Positions 39,197 to 46,592 of a DNA stretch of 48,225 nt are shown here, piece after piece (the first letter of the stretch is position 1; the number at the start of each line of letters is the position of its first letter). The position numbers and the translations under genes are program-made. The notes beneath the pieces were generated by a model. It was not told the origin of the DNA. It saw nothing but the letters and a program-made list of their open reading frames with translations, and searched no databases. Origin of the DNA: an uncultured archaeon (GTDB lineage: Archaea > Asgardarchaeota > Hermodarchaeia > Hermodarchaeales > Hermodarchaeaceae); assembly GCA_964347045.1 (NCBI GenBank), contig CAYFXC010000015.1, positions 1 through 48,225 of the forward strand. The letters are read 5' to 3'.

Positions 39197-39426
39197 GCGG
39201 GGGACCCTTCCGAAGGGGGTCTTTGCCGCCAAACCGGTGGCGGGGGTATCTACATGTGTAGACCTCACAGCCAAGCCTGGTTAACGGCGCAGGAGTCACC
39301 TGGAATGGCAGGTTGACGGCGTTACTCAAGATCTAACCAGGTTCATGAGACATCCTGTCCGGCAGCGGTTCGAGGGTTCGAATGAGTGGTGCGCTGCGAG
39401 CTCCGAAATTCCCTCCCCCCGCACCA
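39197..39426 (+). tRNA. tRNA-Leu(CAA) with 4 (probably 5) BHB introns
   Basis: Exons 39197-98, 39242-47, 39269-93, 39324-30, 39352-82, 39410-26 join to GCGGGGGTAGCCAAGCCTGGTTAACGGCGCAGGACTCAAGATCCTGTCCGGCAGCGGTTCGAGGGTTCGAATCCCTCCCCCCGCACCA: an 88-nt class II cloverleaf with A73 and CCA. If the first intron is not used, the gene starts at 39240 with the same mature sequence. Confidence 0.93.
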
Positions 39427-39501
39427 TTGTCCATCGTTACCTTTTTGACTGTAAGTTCCCTAGCTTGTATAACTGATTTCCGTCTCCACGGGGCTAATTC
39501 C

Positions 39502-40095
39502 ATGCTACACGTGGTATATCTAATGCACCCAAGCGGGGTCTGTCTTCTAGACCAAAAATTTGGAGAATTAGAACTTGACTCCACGCTAGTTGCTGGCTTC
39601 TTTTCTGCAATCCGAGAATTCGCCCGAATGATCTCGAAAGGCAAAGGTGAAGCGCGAATCGTTGAGATGGGCGATTTTTACATTACCTATGCAGCCGGAG
39701 ATTATATTGTCGTGGCGGCCATCGTTGACAAAGATGACAATCGTCTCCAAGTACTTCAAGCACTTGACAAAGTCATCGAACGATTTTCAAGTATTTATGA
39801 AGACATCCTTAAAGCGTGGGATGGAAAACTTGTCTTTTTTTCCTTTACACCAGAGCTTAATCAAATGCTCAACAATGGATTCATTGGGACAAACGATGTA
39901 CCTGCACCCAAACTCAAACGAGGTCTTCCAAAACTAATGGTTAAACTCGGGCAAATTAGTGAGCACGAATACAACGTTGCTAAGCAATGTGACGGTACAA
40001 AAACCCCGAAGGAAATATCTGACACGGTGGGGCTTTCTCAGGATGACGTGGAAGTGCTCTTATATCGACTCAATAAACTCGATCTAATCGAGTAG
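39502..40095 (+). CDS. Longin/roadblock-like domain fused to a C-terminal winged helix
   Basis: VYLMHPSGVCLL...DSTLVAGFFSAIREFA is a pattern typical of Asgard longin-like domains; CDGTKTPKEISDTVGLS..V..LL..L is a wHTH. Start moved to ATG 39502 because the upstream part overlaps the tRNA. Confidence 0.7.
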   Translation: MLHVVYLMHPSGVCLLDQKFGELELDSTLVAGFFSAIREFARMISKGKGEARIVEMGDFYITYAAGDYIVVAAIVDKDDNRLQVLQALDKVIERFSSIYEDILKAWDGKLVFFSFTPELNQMLNNGFIGTNDVPAPKLKRGLPKLMVKLGQISEHEYNVAKQCDGTKTPKEISDTVGLSQDDVEVLLYRLNKLDLIE

Positions 40096-40111
40096 GATAA
40101 TGCTTTTTATT

Positions 40112-40771
40112 TTATTCACTGGCCTCCAGAAGTACTCCCATAGCGATAATCCCAATAGCTATCATTACAATGATGGGTGCAATGAGCACTCCAAGAGCTG
40201 GGAGTACTGCTTGAAGAACGCGACCACCGTAGTATATCAAAAATCCTGTACCCAATAGGAAATTACTTGTTCGAAGTTGACCTGTAAGCTGTAGTCCAAT
40301 GAAAAAGAATAGCGCAGGTAAGACGATTACGTACAACGGAAGAATGGCGTAATTCGAGATGATGTATCCAATGGTCAATATACCCCCTGTTAGTGAGGAT
40401 GGCCAAAACAACCAAGGTAGAATCAGGATTAGAATTGCGATAATGAGTGGCGGTGAGGAAATAAGGACAATCTGCCACAGCTTTCGTTCAAGAATTTGAT
40501 ATGCTAAAGCAAGAAATACTGTGAAGATCGCTATCCATGAAGTAACGGTTGCTAATCGCCACCAGCTTTCGATATGGATATAGAAGTCCCAGACTAGATA
40601 AAAGATTCGACCAATACCAAGTAGGAGGAAGAAGAGGCCGAAGCCTAAGTGGAATGGATTTCGCTTCTCGCGATATCGAAAAGCGAGAAAGTAGATGAAC
40701 AGGAGAAAGAAGTATCCAACTATAACAAACCATAAACCAATAATCAGTGTGTCAAGCTCAGTAAATTGCAT
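40112..40771 (-). CDS. Uncharacterised polytopic (about 7 TM) membrane protein
   Basis: Seven hydrophobic segments, FFLLLGIGRIFYLVWDF; GAGGGTG SD before ATG 40771. Confidence 0.75.
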   Translation of the reverse strand: MQFTELDTLIIGLWFVIVGYFFLLFIYFLAFRYREKRNPFHLGFGLFFLLLGIGRIFYLVWDFYIHIESWWRLATVTSWIAIFTVFLALAYQILERKLWQIVLISSPPLIIAILILILPWLFWPSSLTGGILTIGYIISNYAILPLYVIVLPALFFFIGLQLTGQLRTSNFLLGTGFLIYYGGRVLQAVLPALGVLIAPIIVMIAIGIIAMGVLLEASE

Positions 40772-40933
40772 TACGACACCCTCTTTCCGCGTGGAAATGT
40801 TACTAGAAAGTCTTCTTTTTTTTCCATATAAGCCTGCTGTTTGCAAATCGGTCCTCAAGGAACGCTGAAGAAGGCAAATGTTTTTACTTTTACAAATGTA
40901 AAGCTAGTTCCACACCACCTTGGGGTGACCTTC

Positions 40934-41485
40934 GTGATCGATCGTCGATTAATTAATGGGTCAAAGATAGGTAGTGAGCTCGCTGAAGACATGACCAAAG
41001 CAGGTCTTGATCGTATTCGTTCTTGTATTCAATGTGGAACATGTACCGGTTCCTGTCCTTCAGGTCGTCGCACAGCGTATCGGACTCGGCGGTTAATTCG
41101 AAAAGCTCTCCTAGGGTTACGAGAAGAAGTTTTGTCCGATCCGAATTTATGGCTCTGTTCAACGTGTGGCACGTGTACAGAGCGGTGCCCTCGCAAAATC
41201 GATGTCACAGAAGCAATTCTCTATCTTCGAAATCTCTCCTGCGAAGCCGGGTATATGCGACCAGAACACAGAGATGTCTCCCACAAACTCATTGAAACAG
41301 GACATGCAGTTCCCATTGATGATGAAAAATGGAGTAAAATACGCGAAGAGCTCGGGCTTTCACCCCTTCCTCCCACCGTCCATTCCTATCCCAAGGCCTT
41401 GAAGGAAATTCAACACATAATCAAGCAGACCCGTTTTGACAAACTCGTCAACTACAAGGAGAGCAAAAAGGATGGTAAAACATAG
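40934..41485 (+). CDS. hdrC: Heterodisulfide reductase subunit C
   Basis: CIQCGTCTGSCPSGR, LWLCSTCGTCTERCPR, TGHAVP; GGGGTGA SD before GTG 40934. Confidence 0.94.
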   Translation: MIDRRLINGSKIGSELAEDMTKAGLDRIRSCIQCGTCTGSCPSGRRTAYRTRRLIRKALLGLREEVLSDPNLWLCSTCGTCTERCPRKIDVTEAILYLRNLSCEAGYMRPEHRDVSHKLIETGHAVPIDDEKWSKIREELGLSPLPPTVHSYPKALKEIQHIIKQTRFDKLVNYKESKKDGKT

Positions 41486-42365
41486 ATACAGTTTCTTCCT
41501 TGGCTGCGTTATTCCAAACCGACTACCCCAAATTGAAGCCGCAACTAGCCTCGTGGTTCCTAAACTTGGAATCGAACTCGTCGATATGAAAGGCGCATCA
41601 TGTTGCCCTGCGCCTGGTGTAATCAAATCTTTTGATAAAAGCACTTGGCTTTCTATCACTGCACGCAATCTATCACTCGCAGAAGAAAATGGTTTGGACA
41701 TCCTTGTTCTGTGTAACGGTTGTTATGGAACACTTATCGCTGGTTTAAACGACTTAAAGGATGCTGAGACACGGAAAAAAGTCAATAAAATTCTGAAAGG
41801 CACTGGACATCAATACAAGGGCACTATAACAGCCAAACATCTGGTAGAAGTCTTGTACAATGACATAGGCAAGGACGTTATCAAAGAAACCATCGAAAAT
41901 CCAATCGATGCGCGGTTTGCCATTCAAATTGGATGCCATCTTCTCAAACCCAGTTATATTCGACCCTGGGGGGTAGTTGAGGATTTCACGCTGGTAGATG
42001 AACTCGTCGAACTAGTAGGCGGAACACCTGTCGATTACAAACTCAAAGACATGTGTTGTGGAGCAGGTGGTGGATTACGATCCGCTGAACTTGAAGTTTC
42101 TTTGGATATGGTTCGGGAAAAACTTGAAGCGATGAAACAAGCCAACGTTGACGCAATAGTCAATGTCTGCAACTTCTGTCACTTACAATTTGATTTAGGA
42201 CAAATGCAGGTGAACAAACAATTTGGCACAGACTACCAAATCCCGGTCATATATTATACCCAGTTATTAGGGCTAGCCCAAGGCTTTACGCCAAAGCAAA
42301 TGGGACTGGACAAACACTACATTTCTGTTGCCCCATTCCTTGAAAAAATCGGGATGAGCTTGTGA
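41472..42365 (+). CDS. hdrB: Heterodisulfide reductase subunit B
   Basis: FLGC, SCCPAPG, CNGC, GCHLLKP, CCGAGGG, CNFCHLQFD. Confidence 0.95.
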   Translation: MVKHRYSFFLGCVIPNRLPQIEAATSLVVPKLGIELVDMKGASCCPAPGVIKSFDKSTWLSITARNLSLAEENGLDILVLCNGCYGTLIAGLNDLKDAETRKKVNKILKGTGHQYKGTITAKHLVEVLYNDIGKDVIKETIENPIDARFAIQIGCHLLKPSYIRPWGVVEDFTLVDELVELVGGTPVDYKLKDMCCGAGGGLRSAELEVSLDMVREKLEAMKQANVDAIVNVCNFCHLQFDLGQMQVNKQFGTDYQIPVIYYTQLLGLAQGFTPKQMGLDKHYISVAPFLEKIGMSL

Positions 42366-42670
42366 TGTTTATTAGGCAGGAACGACCCCTTGCTAAATCC
42401 ATCGAAAAAGCTCTCCAAAAAAAGGGCTTTAAATTTATTGAAGTCGTATCACCCTGTCCACGCCTATACGACCGTTATCACCGCCATGGCAGTGGTCTTG
42501 AAGTCATGAAGAGATTCCGAAAAATATCTGTGATACGAAACTTCACTGATCCCATGAAAGCAGAAATCAACTATCGTACACGCATCGTTTACGGCGAATT
42601 CATTGACATAGAAAAACCGGAGTTCACCGACCTTCTCAACCAACAAGCTAACGAACTTCAAAAGAGGTGA
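42362..42670 (+). pseudogene. C-terminal fragment of a 2-oxoacid:ferredoxin oxidoreductase beta subunit
   Basis: L..SIEKALQKKGFKFIEVVSPCP present; N-terminal CxGC and GDG TPP-binding region absent. Confidence 0.75.
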
Positions 42671-42680
42671 CCACGAATCA

Positions 42681-43244
42681 ATGGCGCGAACTGAAATTCG
42701 ACTCGGTGGTTTGGGCGGTCAAGGCATCATAAAATCAGCGGCCATTATTGACGAGGCTGCCTCCATACACGACAGGAAAAAAGCCGTACAGACAGCTTCC
42801 TATGGTCCGGAATCCCGCGGCAGTACCTGCAAAGCCGAGGTTATTATCTCCGAACAACCCATCGATTATCCCCTCGTTTTAACTCCTCATTTATTGGTTG
42901 CCCTATCAAATGATGTCTTCCAAAAATACAAAGACGATTTGAACAAAGAAAGTATCGTGATTATTGATTCAGACTTGGTACAAGAAGGAAAGATAAAACC
43001 CGGCATCCAAATACATCGTATTACGGCAACTGCAACTGCACACCAAGTTCTGAAAAATCCCTTGGTAACAAATGTGGTAATGTTGGATGCCTTCACCGCA
43101 ATTACCAAAACAGTCACTCCTGAGGCAATGCGAAAAACCATTGCCAATATGTTCCCGCACTTCCAAGAACTCAACCTCCGTGCTTTCGACGAGGGCATGA
43201 AACTCGGACAGAAAGCTTTGGAGCAGCAATCAAAAACGAAGTGA
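42681..43244 (+). CDS. 2-oxoacid:ferredoxin oxidoreductase gamma subunit (possibly degenerate)
   Basis: EIRLGGLGGQG, SYGPESRG, IDYP, NLRAFDEG. Confidence 0.85.
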   Translation: MARTEIRLGGLGGQGIIKSAAIIDEAASIHDRKKAVQTASYGPESRGSTCKAEVIISEQPIDYPLVLTPHLLVALSNDVFQKYKDDLNKESIVIIDSDLVQEGKIKPGIQIHRITATATAHQVLKNPLVTNVVMLDAFTAITKTVTPEAMRKTIANMFPHFQELNLRAFDEGMKLGQKALEQQSKTK

Positions 43245-43253
43245 AACCCGCAA

Positions 43254-45224
43254 ATGTCAACTGAACCTCCTCAAATCGGCGTATTCATCTGCCACTGCGG
43301 ATCCAACATCGCAGGCGTCATCGATATTCCCAAACTCGTAGAATACACCAACACGCTCCCAAATGTTGTCGTGGCAAAAGAATACCGTTATATGTGCTCT
43401 GACCCAGGACAAGACCTCATCAAAGCGGAAATCAAGAAAAAGGGGCTCAACCGCGTTGTTATCGCTGCCTGCAGCCCCACCCTCCATGAATATACATTTC
43501 GTCGAGTCCTCGAAAGCATGAAGGTCAATCCGTTCTTCCTAACCCTCGCGAATATACGCGAACACTGCTCTTGGGTCCACACCCACGAAAAAGACGCGGC
43601 TTTTGAAAAAGCAAAAGACCTCGTGCATATGGCCATAGCCCGTGCATCAGAACTGCAACCATTGGAAAAGAAAGAAACCACAGTGAAACCCAGCATCCTC
43701 ATAATTGGCGGTGGCATCAGCGGAATCCAAGCGGCTTTAGATGTCGCTGATGCAGGCTACAAAACCTACCTAGTAGAAAAACAACCCAGTATTGGTGGGC
43801 ATATGGCCCAACTTGATAAGACTTTTCCGACACTCGACTGCAGCAGTTGTATTTTGACGCCAAAGATGAGCCTTGTAGGTCATCATCCAAACATTGACCT
43901 TTTATCCTACAGTGAGGTGAAGGAGGTTTCAGGATTTGTAGGCAATTTTACTGTGAAAATCGAGCGGAAGCCACGATATGTTATTGAGAGTAAGTGCACA
44001 GCTTGTGGCCAGTGTACTGAAGAGTGCCCAATTAAGGGTCTTGACGAATTTAATGCTGGGTTACAGAAGCGCAAAGCGATATTCATTCCCTTTGCGCAAG
44101 CGGTGCCCAATACCTACGTTATCGACCCCACACGTTGTTTGATGATTCGGCGGTCAAAATGTGGAAAGTGCAAAGAGCGTTGTGAGTCTGGAGCCATTGA
44201 CTTCGAGATGAAACCAGAGTTATTGGAGCTCGAAGTTGGCGCTATCATTGTGGCTACAGGCTATCAGCTCTTCGATGGGAAGCGTGTGCCAGAGTATGGA
44301 TATGGTAAATACCCTGACGTCATTACAAATCTAGAAATGGAGCGGTTATTAAGCGCCGCAGGACCTACAGAAGGTAAAATCATTCGTCAATCCACGCGGC
44401 AAAAGCCGAAACACATCGCATTCGTTCAATGTGTCGGTTCTCGAAACGAACTGTATAATCCCTATTGTTCCCGCGTTTGTTGTATGGCTGCTATCAAACA
44501 AGCACGCCAAATTCGGGAAAAATACCCTGACGTAAAAGCCACCATTTTATATGTTGACATGCGCGCTTTTGGTAAGGGTTACGAGGAATTTTATGAAACT
44601 ACTGCCCGAGAACATGGCGTCCTTTTCGTTCGGGGGAGAGTTTCAGAAATCCGTCAATCATTCGACACTGATCGACTAGTGGTTCGTGCCGAAGATACTC
44701 TAATTGGCGAACCCATCGAGCTAGAAGTGGATATGGCCGTACTATCCAATGGACTGGAACCCTTTCAAGGAGCCGCAGAGCTTTGTAGAACTCTTGGCAT
44801 CCAACGAAGCGCTGATGGGTTCCTCTTAGAAGCACACCCCAAGCTCCGCCCTGTTGAAACAATCACTGATGGTATATTCATTTGCGGAGCCGCGCAAGGA
44901 CCCAAAGACATACCCGACTCTGTTGCACAAGCCAAAGGCGCTGCTTCAAGCGCCTTAACAATGGTGACGGCAGGCAGAGTAACCCTCGAGCCCTATACTG
45001 CCGTTGTTAACGAAGACCTCTGCGCAAGATGCCGGTGTTGCGAGACGGCCTGTCCCTATGGCGCACTCAAAATGGTTGAAGACGTCATAAAGGTCACAGA
45101 AACCCAGTGTAAAGGCTGTGGAACCTGTGCCGTCGCATGCCCCAACAACGCCATTGCTCCCCAACACTTCACCAATTCCCAAATCAATGCTCAACTTGAC
45201 GCACTCTTTCAAGAGGCTAAGTGA
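43254..45224 (+). CDS. hdrA: Heterodisulfide reductase subunit A
   Basis: CHCGSNI, AACSP, NIREHCSW, GGGISG, DKTFPTLDCSSC, QCVGSR, CSRVCC, ferredoxin motifs. Confidence 0.97.
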   Translation: MSTEPPQIGVFICHCGSNIAGVIDIPKLVEYTNTLPNVVVAKEYRYMCSDPGQDLIKAEIKKKGLNRVVIAACSPTLHEYTFRRVLESMKVNPFFLTLANIREHCSWVHTHEKDAAFEKAKDLVHMAIARASELQPLEKKETTVKPSILIIGGGISGIQAALDVADAGYKTYLVEKQPSIGGHMAQLDKTFPTLDCSSCILTPKMSLVGHHPNIDLLSYSEVKEVSGFVGNFTVKIERKPRYVIESKCTACGQCTEECPIKGLDEFNAGLQKRKAIFIPFAQAVPNTYVIDPTRCLMIRRSKCGKCKERCESGAIDFEMKPELLELEVGAIIVATGYQLFDGKRVPEYGYGKYPDVITNLEMERLLSAAGPTEGKIIRQSTRQKPKHIAFVQCVGSRNELYNPYCSRVCCMAAIKQARQIREKYPDVKATILYVDMRAFGKGYEEFYETTAREHGVLFVRGRVSEIRQSFDTDRLVVRAEDTLIGEPIELEVDMAVLSNGLEPFQGAAELCRTLGIQRSADGFLLEAHPKLRPVETITDGIFICGAAQGPKDIPDSVAQAKGAASSALTMVTAGRVTLEPYTAVVNEDLCARCRCCETACPYGALKMVEDVIKVTETQCKGCGTCAVACPNNAIAPQHFTNSQINAQLDALFQEAK

Positions 45225-45652
45225 CCATGAAAAAAGATTTCGAACCCAAAATTATATGCTTTGCCTGTAGATGGTGTTCCTACGCTGGGGCAGACATGGC
45301 GGGAACATCTCGAATTCAGTATCCTCCCAACGCTCGAATTATTAGAGTTAATTGTAGTGGTCGGATAGATCCCATGTTTGTCTTACGGGCACTAAAACTC
45401 AATGCAGACGGCGTTTTAATTGCAGGTTGTCATTTTGGAGACTGCCATTATATTACAGGCAACTACCAGACATCCCGTCGCGTTGCCCTGCTACATCAGT
45501 ATCTAGAGGCGTTCAATATTAATCCCGAGCGTGTGCGATTCGAACAAATCTCTGCCGCCGAGGGACCAAAGTTCGCCTCGACCATGAAGACGTTTGTGAC
45601 TAAAATTAAGGCGTTAGGACCCAACCCATTGGCCAACGGAGGTCCTCAATAA
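45221..45652 (+). CDS. mvhD: Methyl-viologen-reducing hydrogenase delta subunit
   Basis: CRWCSY.GAD.AG, CSGRIDP, GCHFGDCHY. Confidence 0.96.
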   Translation: MTMKKDFEPKIICFACRWCSYAGADMAGTSRIQYPPNARIIRVNCSGRIDPMFVLRALKLNADGVLIAGCHFGDCHYITGNYQTSRRVALLHQYLEAFNINPERVRFEQISAAEGPKFASTMKTFVTKIKALGPNPLANGGPQ

Positions 45653-45653
45653 A

Positions 45654-46592
45654 ATGTCAAAACCAAGTCTCGCAGTAGAAACCCTAAGCATTTGTTCTGG
45701 TTGTGAAATTGCCATATTAGATCTACATCAAGCTTTACCAGGCGTATTGGACGCAGTGGAACTCAAATATATTCAGGTCCTGATGGACCATCGCGAACCC
45801 CCCGAAGGAGTAACCGTTGGCTTTGTCTCCGGTGCTGTCCGCAACGAAGAACAGTTGGAACTCCTTCACAAAATGCGTGAACGCTGCACCGTTCTCGTCG
45901 CCTTTGGTGCTTGTGCCGCCTACGGTGGTGTTCCCGGTCTCGCCAACCTACACACCACAGAGGAAATCCTACAAGAAGTTTACATCAACACGAAAAGCAC
46001 CGTAAACCCCAAAGGTGTGATTCCTCACAAAATCGTACCCCCCATGCTTCCTGAACTCCATCCTCTCAGCGACTTTGCCAAAATCGAATACAGTCTCCCA
46101 GGCTGCCCACCACCACCCAAACTCATCGCCGAACTCGTCACCTGCCTCCTCGAAGGCAAAGAATTCAAACTCGAAGCCAAAACAGTTTGCGACCAATGCC
46201 CCCTCGAAAAAGAAGAAAAAAGCATCACCGAATTCAAACGTTGGGGCACAGAGAAAATCTTTCCTGAACGTTGCTTACTCGAACAAGGTTACCAATGCCT
46301 CGGACCTAGCACCCAATCCGGCTGCGAAGCACGCTGCCCCGAAGCCCTTTCACCCTGTAGAGGATGCTTTGGTCCCACAGAGAACATTGAGGACCAAGCG
46401 GCGAAGATGATTGGCGTCATCGGCAGCATTGTCGACCAAGATCCCAGCAAAGCTCCCACTCCCAATCAAATAGTGAAGGAAATTCCCGACCTCGTCGGAA
46501 CATTCCTACGCTTCACAATTGCTGCTTCCACCTTCAAGAAAGCAGTCCACACCAAGGTAGTCAAAACCAAATCTGCGGAGGCAAAAACATGA
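45654..46592 (+). CDS. mvhG: [NiFe] hydrogenase small subunit MvhG
   Basis: CSGCE, FGACA, PGCPP, CLLEQG..CLGP, PCRGCFGP. Confidence 0.94.
   Translation: MSKPSLAVETLSICSGCEIAILDLHQALPGVLDAVELKYIQVLMDHREPPEGVTVGFVSGAVRNEEQLELLHKMRERCTVLVAFGACAAYGGVPGLANLHTTEEILQEVYINTKSTVNPKGVIPHKIVPPMLPELHPLSDFAKIEYSLPGCPPPPKLIAELVTCLLEGKEFKLEAKTVCDQCPLEKEEKSITEFKRWGTEKIFPERCLLEQGYQCLGPSTQSGCEARCPEALSPCRGCFGPTENIEDQAAKMIGVIGSIVDQDPSKAPTPNQIVKEIPDLVGTFLRFTIAASTFKKAVHTKVVKTKSAEAKT

Noticed and set aside
39197-39233. A sixth, nested intron (GCGG/CCGC central helix) inside the 2/3 intron
   Set aside because: Both flanking pairs are mismatched; too weak to claim.
39290-39302. tRNA-Sec reading (CAGG-AG-TCA-CCTG)
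   Set aside because: The loop would be only 5 nt, the TCA lies in the 30/31 intron stem, and the body has Leu features (A73, 7-bp acceptor stem, 5-bp T stem).
39338-39357. CAT (Met/Ile) anticodon reading TT-CAT-GA
   Set aside because: It lies inside the 37/38 intron, whose TGAG pairs with CTCA; no 7-nt loop is closed by a proper stem.
39333-39644. ORF 39333-39644 (-) and the N-terminal part of ORF 39382 (+)
   Set aside because: They overlap the tRNA and are shadow frames; the real CDS starts at 39502.
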